Positions 1-8,742 of a stretch of 64,000 nucleotides of DNA are shown in pieces (position 1 is the stretch's first letter; each line of letters begins with the position of its first letter). The DNA is taken from the NCBI GenBank assembly GCA_038330095.1, contig JBBQNQ010000001.1:13755-77754 (forward strand). Reading direction: 5' to 3'. The translations under genes were made by a program, and so were the position numbers. Below the pieces are notes generated by a model that was given only the letters and a program-made list of their open reading frames with translations, was not told the DNA's origin and did not search any database. The stretch is from Solirubrobacterales bacterium (GTDB lineage Bacteria; Actinomycetota; Thermoleophilia; Solirubrobacterales; Solirubrobacteraceae).

Positions 1-1
1 G

Positions 2-316
2 GGATCCGACTTCAACTTCGACTTCGACGCCTCGCACACCGAGGAGCAGCTGGCGCCGTTCCTGGACGGAGACATCCCTCCGCCCGTGGTCCAGATGGCC
101 GAGGCGTGCGGAACCGACCCGGCGGGATACGTTGCGGAAGGGCCGGGGCTGAGCGCCTTCGCCCTGTCCGACGGCGCCGTCTACCACACGTACTCGACCT
201 ACGCGCGCGGCCTCGAGATCATGCTCGGCTTCTATCCGCTGCTCGACCGCGTGCCAAAGGGACGCGACGAGGCCGGCTCTACGGAGTTCTGGATCCGCCG
301 CCACGACGAGTACTAG
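2..316 (+). CDS. DUF899 thioredoxin-like protein, 3' part (5' end outside window)
   Basis: The frame is open from the window edge. GSDFNFDF...AVYHTYSTYARGLE...FWIRRHDEY is a typical DUF899 C-terminus. Confidence 0.75.
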   Translation, partial: GSDFNFDFDASHTEEQLAPFLDGDIPPPVVQMAEACGTDPAGYVAEGPGLSAFALSDGAVYHTYSTYARGLEIMLGFYPLLDRVPKGRDEAGSTEFWIRRHDEY

Positions 317-354
317 TGGCGGGTGTGCGGGCGGGTCAGAGGCGGGTGCCGGTC

Positions 355-1128
355 CTACGCGGGCGCGGCGCCGCGGGCCTGCGACGCCCGCGGCGGTAAC
401 GCGCCGCGGTGACGCTCGTACATCTCGCGCACGTACGCCACCGCCGGATGACCGGCGAGCTCCGCGCGCAAATCCATGAGCTGCGGCGAGGCGAGGTGCA
501 CCGGGCGCAGGAAACGCTCGGGCGCGAGCGGGAACGACAGCCCTGCCGCGGTGAGGTCAGCCAACGTGAACCGGTCGCCCACGAGGTAGCCGCTGGGCCC
601 GATCTCGACCGCGAGCCGGTCTAGCATCGCCAGCGTGCGCCCCAGCCCGCGCTCCGCGGACTCCGGGTTGACGCCGTGCTCGGCGCCGATCGCGCGCGCG
701 ACCAAAGGCAGCGCCGGCCGCATGAACGCACGCCGCAGCGGCCCGGCGTCCGGCGCTGCCGCCAGCAGGGCGAGCTGCGGGTCGGCGAGCACGTGGACCA
801 GCAGCGCCCGCCGGATCTCCGGCGCCAGCTCCTCGTCGAAGAGCCCTTCGAGCTCCAGGGCACGCGCCCGCTCTACGGGATCGGCCGGATACAGCGCCGG
901 CTCGGGGAAGCGGCGCTCCAGCTCGGCGATGATGGCGGTGGAGTCTCCGACCGGCCGCCCGTCGAAGGTGACGACCGGCAGCGTCCTGCTGCCGGTCATC
1001 CCCAGGGCCAGCGCGAAGTGCACGCCGGGCGGCACGGCGCGGCGCACGTGCGGGACGCGCTTGTAGTCAAGCGCCCAGCGCGCCTTCTCGTTGTAGTGGG
1101 AGACGTCCAGGTGCCAGAGCCGGATCAC
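355..1128 (-). CDS. glutathione S-transferase family protein
   Basis: Thioredoxin-like N-domain (LWHLDVSHYNEKARWALDYK, TLPVV) followed by a helical C-domain. GTG at 1128 is chosen because it lies just before the conserved IRLWHL. The track ORF extends to 1299. Confidence 0.75.
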   Translation of the reverse strand: MIRLWHLDVSHYNEKARWALDYKRVPHVRRAVPPGVHFALALGMTGSRTLPVVTFDGRPVGDSTAIIAELERRFPEPALYPADPVERARALELEGLFDEELAPEIRRALLVHVLADPQLALLAAAPDAGPLRRAFMRPALPLVARAIGAEHGVNPESAERGLGRTLAMLDRLAVEIGPSGYLVGDRFTLADLTAAGLSFPLAPERFLRPVHLASPQLMDLRAELAGHPAVAYVREMYERHRGALPPRASQARGAAPA

Positions 1129-1212
1129 ACGGGCGACTCTAATGACAGGGGACCGGCCAGGGCCTTCCACGGCTGCGCCGGGGCCCGGTGGTGTTTCTTC
1201 GAGAGGAGACCC

Positions 1213-1644
1213 ATGCAGATCACCGGCATCTGGCCACTGACCCACACCGGGAAGTACCAGGGCGACATCGTCGCGGCCAACATCCTCGGGGAGCCGCACG
1301 AGGCCAACTACGAGGCCGTGCCACGCGTCACCTACACCGACCCGCAGGCGGCCTCGGTGGGCGCGACGAAGGCCCGATTCAGCGCGACTGCCCCCCTGGC
1401 CGAGGTCTCCAAGACCGCCACCTACACGCGCGCCTACGCCGAGTCCAACGGCTTCCTGACCCTGCTCAGCGACGGCGAGGGACTGACCGGCGCCTACGCG
1501 CTCGCCCCCGAGGCCGGCGAGCGGCTCCAGCAGGCCACGCTGGCCATCCGGGCCCGCGTGCCGCTCGAGCTGCTGCGCGACACCATCCAGCCGTTCCTCA
1601 CCTTCTCGGAGATCTACGTCCGCCTGATGGGCGGCGCTCTTTCT
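1213..1644 (+). pseudogene. fragment of a pyridine nucleotide-disulfide oxidoreductase (C-terminal dimerisation domain only)
   Basis: ITGIWPLTHTGKYQGDIVAANILG...VPRVTYTDPQAASVG...FLTFSEIY matches only the last ~140 aa of the dihydrolipoamide/mercuric reductase class. The FAD/NAD domains are absent. There is no nearby in-frame stop: the frame runs on through antisense genes to 2553. Confidence 0.5.
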
Positions 1645-1659
1645 CCTCGCTGCGGCTGC

Positions 1660-2166
1660 TCATTCAGTGCCCCGCTTGGGCAGCTCGCCGAGCAGGCCGC
1701 TTACGGTCTGCGGGCCGGAGAGCTGCTTGACGATCCGTCCCTTTGCGTCGAGGACGAAGGTGGTCGGGAGGCCGTGGATGTGCCAGGCGCTGCCCGCGCG
1801 GCCGGCATCGTCGACCAGCACCGGAAAGGTCCAGCCGTGCTTACGGACGAAGGAGGCGGCGCCGGAGCGGCTGTCGGACCAGTCGACGCCGACCACCGCG
1901 GCTCGACCCCGCAGCGCCGAGGTCAGACGGGCCAGCTCGGGTGCCTCCTTGGTGCACGGCCCGCACCAGCTCGCCCAGAAGTGGACGATCGCCGGCCTGC
2001 CGCGCAGGTCAGCGAGCTGCACGCGCGGCCCGACGAGGACGTCTCGCGGGAGGGCCGGGGCAGCGCGAGCGGCTGCGGTGTTGCCCCTGCCGCTGAGTAC
2101 CTCGGCCGCGCCAAACGCGAACAGCGCCGCGACCAGGATGGCCGGCCACAGCCAGCGGCGCCGCAC
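1660..2166 (-). CDS. TlpA/ResA-family thiol:disulfide oxidoreductase
   Basis: WASWCGPC active site and an N-terminal TM anchor. GTG at 2166 lies 2 nt after the SCO1 stop (TAGGAGTG). Confidence 0.8.
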   Translation of the reverse strand: MRRRWLWPAILVAALFAFGAAEVLSGRGNTAAARAAPALPRDVLVGPRVQLADLRGRPAIVHFWASWCGPCTKEAPELARLTSALRGRAAVVGVDWSDSRSGAASFVRKHGWTFPVLVDDAGRAGSAWHIHGLPTTFVLDAKGRIVKQLSGPQTVSGLLGELPKRGTE

Positions 2167-2168
2167 TC

Positions 2169-2807
2169 CTACCCCGCCGCCAGGAGCGGGACGTCGTGCG
2201 CCACCCACTGCGGCTTGAAGTTCGACGGGTACAGGGCAAGTTCGCTGCCCTTCCCCGTGATTCCGTACACGAACGCGGAATGGCCGACCTCGCGCTGGTC
2301 CGGAGAGCCCTGGACCTGGACCCCGTACTTCTTCCACACCGGGGTGAGCTCCCGCTTGGACCCGATGAGGTACTCCATGCGCCCCGTCATGTCGTGGGTC
2401 GCGATGAACTTCTTGACCTCGCCGGGGGTGTCGCCCTTGGGATCGACTGACACGGCGATGACCTGCGCCGTGCTCGCCTTGGGCCCGAGTTGCTGCAGCG
2501 CGGCGTGCAGGTTGCCGACGATCAGCGGGCAGACGTCGGGGCAGTGCGAGTAGATGAAAGTCAACAGCACGGCCTTGCCGCGATAGTCCGACAGGCGGAC
2601 CGTCTTGCCATCGGCGTTACGGAGCGCGAAGTCGGGCGCCGGTCGCGATGGTGTGGCGAGCGCCGGGGCGTCGTATTTGCTCTTCGATGCGGCATTCGCC
2701 GACATGCGGCTCGAGGACGAGCCCGACGAGCTGCCGCAGCCCGCCACGAGGAGTGAGCCGGCGAGGCCGACCAAGACCAGCATGACGCGAAGGCGACGCA
2801 CGGGCAC
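2169..2807 (-). CDS. SCO1/SenC copper chaperone lipoprotein
   Basis: Lipobox LVAGCGSS and the CPDVCP (CxxxC) motif in a thioredoxin fold. Confidence 0.85.
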   Translation of the reverse strand: MPVRRLRVMLVLVGLAGSLLVAGCGSSSGSSSSRMSANAASKSKYDAPALATPSRPAPDFALRNADGKTVRLSDYRGKAVLLTFIYSHCPDVCPLIVGNLHAALQQLGPKASTAQVIAVSVDPKGDTPGEVKKFIATHDMTGRMEYLIGSKRELTPVWKKYGVQVQGSPDQREVGHSAFVYGITGKGSELALYPSNFKPQWVAHDVPLLAAG

Positions 2808-2952
2808 GGCCTGCGGAATAGTTCCCTAATGCGCTCAAGCTCGCCTAAAGCCTGCGGCTGGGAGACGGGCCCGCCGGGATCGTGGTCCGGTAGCGTGCGA
2901 TGAAGCCGCGAGAGCGGCCGGCTCGTCCGCGTCAACGATCGGAGTTCGGCCC

Positions 2953-3660
2953 GTGCGAAAGACCGTCGTCGTTCTCCTAGCGGCCGCCGCGACTGCCGGT
3001 GTGCCGGCCGACGCCGGTGCCAGCTCTCAGTTCCGGGCGACCTTCAAGACGACCTACCTGTCCAAGCAGCCGGGCGCCTCGACGGGCTTGAGGACGCGCA
3101 TCGCGTGGAGCGATCCCGGCGCACCGAACGCCGTGCCCAAGCTGATCAAGGAGATCAAGCTGCGCTTCGCGCCCGGTACGAGGTTCGACACCTCGGCGCT
3201 ACCGAGATGCACTGCCTCCGATGAGACGATCAAGTCGGAACGAGCGTCGGCGTGTCCACCGGGTAGTCAGCTGGGCTCAGGCCAGACGATCGGCGTCCTC
3301 GCGTCGGGCACGAAGTTCACGACGAAGGTGAAGCTGTTCAACGCCAAGCGCCAGATCATCGTGCTCGTCACCCTCAACGGGGCGCTCGCTACCGAGTTCC
3401 GCGACCGGGTCGGCACGAACACCATCTTCGTCCGCCCGGTGCTTCCGCCCGGCGTCTCGCTGGGGCGGCTGGCGCTGCGGATGGGCGCGTTCTCAACCGG
3501 CAGCGGAGCGAAGCGAAAGGTCTACATGCGTACGCCGCCCACATGCCCGAGGAGTGGGCGCTGGAACATCGCCGGGCGCCTCACCTACGCCGACGGGTCG
3601 GCGCAGACCCTCAAGCGCGCCTCCCCATGCCGTCCCACTCGGCGACACAGAGAGCATTAG
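2953..3660 (+). CDS. secreted hypothetical protein
   Basis: Signal peptide MRKTVVVLLAAAATAGVPADAGA. High third-position GC. No family recognised. Confidence 0.55.
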   Translation: MRKTVVVLLAAAATAGVPADAGASSQFRATFKTTYLSKQPGASTGLRTRIAWSDPGAPNAVPKLIKEIKLRFAPGTRFDTSALPRCTASDETIKSERASACPPGSQLGSGQTIGVLASGTKFTTKVKLFNAKRQIIVLVTLNGALATEFRDRVGTNTIFVRPVLPPGVSLGRLALRMGAFSTGSGAKRKVYMRTPPTCPRSGRWNIAGRLTYADGSAQTLKRASPCRPTRRHREH

Positions 3661-3700
3661 CGCGCGAGGGTACCTCGCGGCCGCGGGGGGCGCTGGCGCC

Positions 3701-4615
3701 TTAGTCCAGCGCGGCTGCCGAGAGTGAGAGCGCAGGCTCGGGGCCGCGGCCGTAGACCGCCGCGCTTCGGGCCACGGCCCGTGCGCTGACCGACGTCGTC
3801 CCGTAGCCGGGCGCGTTGGGCTCACACCAGTCGGCGGAGTCGGCTCCCACCCACGGGGCGGGGCACACGACCGAGCCGTTGACGCGGATCTCGAAGTGCA
3901 GGTGGGGGCCAGTGCAGCTCCCGGTGCAGCCGACGCTTCCGATCTTCTCTCCGCGCGAAACGGTGTCACCCACCGACACGAGGATGTTGGTCTGGTGGGC
4001 GTAGCACGAGCTCACCGTGGCGGTGTGCCGGATGCAGGTGTAGTTGCCGTAGCCGCCCGAGTAGCCGGCGGTGGTCACCCTTCCCGCGCCGATCGCCTTG
4101 ATCGTCGTTCCGCTGGAGATCGCCAGGTCCACGCCGGGGTGGTTCTCATAGCTGCGGGCCTCCCAGAACTTCGAGGTCATGACCCAGCCCCGGGACAGCG
4201 GCCTGCCGTAGGAGCCCGACGAGGCGGACGGTGGCGTCTTGGGGGCGGGTGCAGCGGTGATCCTCACGGACTTGCTCGGCCTCGAGCGCGGCCCGCCGCG
4301 GGCGTAGACCCTCAGCGGCCCGCTGCGGGCGCGAGCGGGTACCACGACGTCGAGCCAACGGTCCGACTGGGCGGCCGGCCTGGCCTTTGCTCCGCCGCCG
4401 AACACGACCCTCGCCACATAGGCGAGGTTCGCGCCTCTCAGCCGCAGCTTGCTGCCGATCTGCGCCGAGGTCGCGCCCCCGCTCGACCTGGTTGACGCGA
4501 CCGCGGCGCAGCCGCTGCGGCACGCGACACGGGTGATCTTGGCCCGGGGAGGAATGCTTGTCCCGCCGGTGCTGGAGGCGGCGGCGACGCTCACCGAGAG
4601 AAGGGAGCCCAGCAT
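3701..4615 (-). CDS. secreted M23 family metallopeptidase
   Basis: HPGVDLA ... GPHLHFEI LytM/M23 motifs and an N-terminal signal peptide. Confidence 0.85.
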   Translation of the reverse strand: MLGSLLSVSVAAASSTGGTSIPPRAKITRVACRSGCAAVASTRSSGGATSAQIGSKLRLRGANLAYVARVVFGGGAKARPAAQSDRWLDVVVPARARSGPLRVYARGGPRSRPSKSVRITAAPAPKTPPSASSGSYGRPLSRGWVMTSKFWEARSYENHPGVDLAISSGTTIKAIGAGRVTTAGYSGGYGNYTCIRHTATVSSCYAHQTNILVSVGDTVSRGEKIGSVGCTGSCTGPHLHFEIRVNGSVVCPAPWVGADSADWCEPNAPGYGTTSVSARAVARSAAVYGRGPEPALSLSAAALD

Positions 4616-4684
4616 CAGGAACGCCGCCAGCGCGGCCGTCTTTGCGATTGTCTCAACGCTCGCGCGCTGGATGGGTCCCAGCAG

Positions 4685-4840
4685 GGTGCTACCTCTCTTT
4701 CGGTTGCCTCCGGGGTTAGCTGTCGGGCTCGCGCGGAAAGAGCAGCGCTACGTCGCGGCTTTGCGACGATTCGCCCCTCAGATGCTGCACGCATCTGTTT
4801 GGGTCCCCCGGCCGCTTGCAACGGGTCCTGCATCGCGCAA
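4685..4840 (-). promoter_or_regulatory. ydaO/yuaA-type c-di-AMP riboswitch in the leader of the M23 peptidase gene
   Basis: The minus strand reads GCCGGGGGACCCAAAC ... TGAGGGGCGAATCG ... GAGCCCGACAGCTAACCCCGGAGGC. These are the hallmark blocks of the ydaO motif, in the correct order. They end about 75 nt upstream of the start codon at 4615. Confidence 0.75.
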
Positions 4841-4906
4841 ACGGTTCGGCAAGGCTTATGTGAAGCGCAGGTAAGGTAGCGAACTCCGCGGCGCGAGTCC
4901 TGAGAA

Positions 4907-5605
4907 GTGCCTGAGCGCTCGACTTACACTGGCCGCTTGACCGTCGGCGCTCCGCCCCCCGACTGGTACGCAGATCCTGCCGGTGCGCCGTTCTGGCGCT
5001 ACTGGGACGGCGGCGCTTGGACCGAGCAAATGCGACCCTGGTTCGCCTCGGTTCGCGACGCCGCGGGGCAGACGCTCCGGCTCGACCAGGGCGGCATCAC
5101 CGCTGAGGCCGACGACGTGAAGCTCGGGGACGCGGTCGTCGCGCGGCTCGTCTGGGGCGGCGCGATGAGCCGCGCAGGCGGCGACGCCACGGTCCAGACC
5201 GGCGAGGGGGCCTGGCGCCTGGACCAGCAGGGCTTCCTGCACGCCAAGGTGGTCGTCCTAGACGCTGCGACCGGCGCCCAGGTCGCCGTGTTCGAGTGGG
5301 CTGACGCGCTGCGCCGGGGCACGCTGCTCATCGCCGACGGCACGAGCTTCCGGTGGGCAGCCGAGAGGGTGTCGCGAAACCGCGCGCGCGTCGGCATCCG
5401 CTCCATGTCCTACGTGGGCAACTTCTGGCTGTACGACCCCGAGGGGCAGCCGGTGATCGGGGCCGATCTCGCGGAGGGAGTCATCACGATCTCCCCGCTT
5501 CCCCGGAGCGCAGCGCTTCCCCACCTGCCCCTGCTCGTCGCGCTCGCCGCCTACTTCGTGCTGCGCTGGTGGGACTCGCAGACGGCCTCGACGCGCGACG
5601 ACTGA
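4907..5605 (+). CDS. DUF2510 domain protein
   Basis: N-terminal PPDWYADPAGAPFWRYWDGGAWTE motif. There is a C-terminal hydrophobic segment. Confidence 0.65.
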   Translation: MPERSTYTGRLTVGAPPPDWYADPAGAPFWRYWDGGAWTEQMRPWFASVRDAAGQTLRLDQGGITAEADDVKLGDAVVARLVWGGAMSRAGGDATVQTGEGAWRLDQQGFLHAKVVVLDAATGAQVAVFEWADALRRGTLLIADGTSFRWAAERVSRNRARVGIRSMSYVGNFWLYDPEGQPVIGADLAEGVITISPLPRSAALPHLPLLVALAAYFVLRWWDSQTASTRDD

Positions 5606-5674
5606 CCGGCAACCTCACGTGTCGCCGTCCGCTATGACTTCCCGCCACCAGCCGAGGGTCGACGAAAGGATTCG

Positions 5675-7093
5675 ATGCGCAGAGCGATGATCGTTGCCGG
5701 GCTGGCCTGCGGGCTGGCCGTCAGCGCCGGCGCGGCCGCCCAGGCCGCCACGGTGGAGTACACGGCAAGCGCGGGCGCTGCCTCGGACGGCTACATCCAG
5801 TACACCGCGAGCAAGGGCGAGGACAACCGCGTGACGATCCGCGAGCTCAAGCGCTCCTTCATCATCACCGACAAGGGCACGAAGCTCCTGCGCGCCAAGA
5901 CGAACGAGGGCTTCAAGAACACCTGCAAGAGGCGCAACGCCAAGTCGCTGATCTGCCCCAACGAGTTCGCGGTCGCGGTGTTCGCCAACCTGCGCGACGG
6001 CAACGACAAGATCAGCTACCTGCCCCGCAAGCCCCCGCGCAAGCCGGAAGTGGCGATCACCGACCCGGTCAAGCTCGCCGAGTCCTATGAGGACACCGAG
6101 GGGGCGCTGCAGGAGTCGGCCTTCATCGACGGAGGGTCCGGCAACGACGTCATCCGCGGCACCCGGTTTGACGACACGATCGTCCCGGGGACGGGCAAGG
6201 ATCGCGTCTATGGCCTCGAGGGCCCGGACAGGATCCTCCTGCAGCCGGACGGCGAGAAGGACCGGATCAGCGGCGGCCCGGGGCTCGACACCGTCCAGTA
6301 CAGCGGGTCCAAGGCGGTGACCGTCGACCTCGCGGCGGGCACAGGCGGCCGAGGCGACGACCTCGACACGCTGCTGAGCATCAACCGGGTGCACGGCACC
6401 GACTCCAACGACATCCTCAGGGGCTCCGACGGCGCCGACGCGCTCTACGGCGAGGGCGGCAACGACGAGATCGACGGCCGCGGGGGCAACGACCTGCTGG
6501 TCGGCGACTCGCCTATCACCACCGACAGCTCCGCGAACCGCATCACCGGCGGTCCGGGCGACGACCTCGTCGACGCGCGTGGCGCGAAGCTCGCCCCGAC
6601 CACGACGATCTCCTGCGGCGAGGGCAACGACCGCATGGCCGGCGAGGTGGACGACCGCGTGGACGCAACGTGCGAGAGCGCGGTCTACCGCGAGCCGAGG
6701 TCGTTCCTGCCCGACGAGACGCCGCTGTTCGACGTGCTGACGCCGATCGAGCCGGTCACGCGCGGCGCGGACGGCGCGCCGACCTTCGCCATCCCCTGCC
6801 CGACCAGCGAACAGGTGCCCAACACGGGCTGCACGGGCACGGTCACACTGCAGACGCCGCCCGTCGCCGGCGCGACGGGCGGCGTGCAGGCGCTGGGAAG
6901 CGGCAGCTTCGCGATCACCCCCGGTAACGGCGCCAACGTGGCGGTGGTCCTCAACGCGGCCGGCAAGTCAGCGCTGGCCGTCCCCGGAGCGCCGATCTCC
7001 GTTCACGTCAAGGCCACCCTCGCTCCGCCCGCCGGCTCCTCGAGCACTCCGGGCCAGGCCGACTACGGCTGGCAGGAGGTGCTCACGCCGTAG
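5675..7093 (+). CDS. secreted calcium-binding repeat (RTX-like) protein
   Basis: Signal peptide, then repeated GGxGxD-type nonapeptides (GGSGNDVIRG, GEGGNDEIDGRGGNDLLVG, GGPGDDLVD). Confidence 0.75.
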   Translation: MRRAMIVAGLACGLAVSAGAAAQAATVEYTASAGAASDGYIQYTASKGEDNRVTIRELKRSFIITDKGTKLLRAKTNEGFKNTCKRRNAKSLICPNEFAVAVFANLRDGNDKISYLPRKPPRKPEVAITDPVKLAESYEDTEGALQESAFIDGGSGNDVIRGTRFDDTIVPGTGKDRVYGLEGPDRILLQPDGEKDRISGGPGLDTVQYSGSKAVTVDLAAGTGGRGDDLDTLLSINRVHGTDSNDILRGSDGADALYGEGGNDEIDGRGGNDLLVGDSPITTDSSANRITGGPGDDLVDARGAKLAPTTTISCGEGNDRMAGEVDDRVDATCESAVYREPRSFLPDETPLFDVLTPIEPVTRGADGAPTFAIPCPTSEQVPNTGCTGTVTLQTPPVAGATGGVQALGSGSFAITPGNGANVAVVLNAAGKSALAVPGAPISVHVKATLAPPAGSSSTPGQADYGWQEVLTP

Positions 7094-7197
7094 TCCCGCC
7101 CGCCGATCGCCCCAGCCTCCGCGAGCGCCTGGGCCCGGGCGTTCGCGCCGGGCTTCCGCTCGGGCTCGCCGCTCTGCTGCTGTCGTTCTCCTTCGGG

Positions 7198-7767
7198 GTG
7201 GTGGCGCGACCGGTGATGGGCCCGGTCGCGCCGATCGTCATGTCGGTGATCGTCTTCGCCGGCTCGTCGCAGTTCGCCGCACTCGCCGTCCTCAGCGGAG
7301 GGGGCGGCGCGTTCGCGGCGATCGTCGCCGGCATCCTGCTCAACCTGCGCTTCGGCCCGATGGGGATCGCGCTGGCCCCATCGCTTCGCGGCGGGCGGCT
7401 GCGGCGCGGGCTCACGGGCCAGGCGGTCGTCGACGCCTCGTGGGCGATGGCCAATCAGGGTGCAGGGCGCTTCGATCCCGACCTGCTGTTGGGCGCGACA
7501 CTGCCCCAGTACGCCGGCTGGGTACTGGGGACGGTGCTCGGAGTGCTGGGTGGCGGGCTGATCGGCGACCCGTTGCGCCTCGGCCTCGACGCGGTCTTCC
7601 CCGCGTTCTTCCTCGGCCTGCTCGCCCCCGAGCTCAGAGACGGGCGGGGCCGCGCCGCGGCGGCCCTCGGAGCTGCGATTGCCCTGGCACTCGCGCCGTT
7701 CACGCCCGCCGGCGTGCCGATCCTCGCGGCCTGCCTGGCCGCCCTCGCCGGGCTGCGCGAGCGATGA
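7198..7767 (+). CDS. azlC: AzlC family branched-chain amino acid exporter subunit (true start probably upstream, non-canonical)
   Basis: SSQFAALAVL plus a multi-TM AzlC pattern. The conserved N-terminal region (LRERLGPGVRAGLPLGLAALLLSFSFG) lies in frame upstream of 7198. It has no ATG/GTG/TTG. Confidence 0.75.
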   Translation: MVARPVMGPVAPIVMSVIVFAGSSQFAALAVLSGGGGAFAAIVAGILLNLRFGPMGIALAPSLRGGRLRRGLTGQAVVDASWAMANQGAGRFDPDLLLGATLPQYAGWVLGTVLGVLGGGLIGDPLRLGLDAVFPAFFLGLLAPELRDGRGRAAAALGAAIALALAPFTPAGVPILAACLAALAGLRER

Positions 7768-8078
7768 GCGCCACCTGGATCACGGTCGCCGGGCTCGCCG
7801 TCGCGACCGCGCTGATCAAGGCGGCGGGGCCGTTGCTGCTCGGCGGTCGCGAGCTCTCCCCCCTGCCCGCCCGCCTGATCAGGCTTCTGCCGGCCGCCCT
7901 GCTGGCCGCCCTGGTGGTCACCGAGACATTCACGAACGCGCGCGGCGGTGACCTGTCGATCGACGCGCGTGCGGCGGGGCTCGCGGCGGCCGGCATCTCG
8001 ATCGCCCTTCGCGCCTCGCTGGTGGTCACCGTGGTCGTCGCGGCGGTCGCGGCCGCCGCCGTGCGCGCCCTCGGGTGA
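7764..8078 (+). CDS. azlD: AzlD family membrane protein
   Basis: 104-aa hydrophobic protein. ATGA overlap with the azlC stop. Confidence 0.8.
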   Translation: MSATWITVAGLAVATALIKAAGPLLLGGRELSPLPARLIRLLPAALLAALVVTETFTNARGGDLSIDARAAGLAAAGISIALRASLVVTVVVAAVAAAAVRALG

Positions 8079-8742
8079 TCCGGTGCTAGGCGGGCGCAGA
8101 GCTGCCGGCCACGGCGGCGCGCGAGCGGGCTACCGGCGGTGCGCCGTGATGGCGGGCCAGGGCCAGTGCGAAGGCGTAGGGCACGGGCTCGCCGGCCCGC
8201 TCGCTGAGCGTGCCGACCCAGCCGGCGGCGGCGCGGCCGAGAGGGTCGGAGGGCTCCCGAACGGGAGTCAGATGTCGGCGGACGAGCATTGCGGGCACCG
8301 TACGGACCCGCCCCGACGGCGTGCAAGCGACGTTGCAGAACGCCCTTACCGGCCCTCGCCGGACTCGCCCGTCGGCTCGCGCTTCTGCTCTTCACGGCGG
8401 TCGTGCGCGCGCCGCGAGCGGGAGCGCGTACCAGAACAGCGCAAAGGCGACGCCCGTCCCCCCGGCGCTCGAGACGACCAGAAGCCTGCTCGCGTAGGGG
8501 TAGTCGGTGATGAGGAGCACGACGCCTGTCATCGCACGCCAGGGCGAGCAGCCCTGCGACCGCGGAACGATGGGGACTCCTGCCCTCGGCGTTCGGGCCC
8601 CTCTTTGCCAGCGCGCGCGGCGGACACGAGCCATGTATAGCCCGTCTCGCTCCCTGCCGGCTGCGGTCTTTCGCGCTCGACTAACCTGATCCCAACCGGC
8701 CCCCGCCGCGGATCAACCTCGAGCGCACAACACTCGCGTCCG

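Noticed and set aside
676-2553. 625-aa plus-strand ORF, together with the long N-terminal extensions of ORFs 16906..19545, 33464..35572, 14392..16380, 15135..17213 and 45618..47735.
   Set aside because: Only a sub-segment of each matches a protein family. The remainder overlaps well-supported genes on the other strand or in another frame. I trimmed each to an internal start, usually one forming a 4-nt overlap with the upstream stop.
8392-8394. In-frame TGA as a selenocysteine or programmed read-through codon.
   Set aside because: No SECIS-like hairpin is evident immediately downstream, and the flanking protein has no recognisable redox motif. A nonsense mutation or two separate ORFs is more parsimonious.
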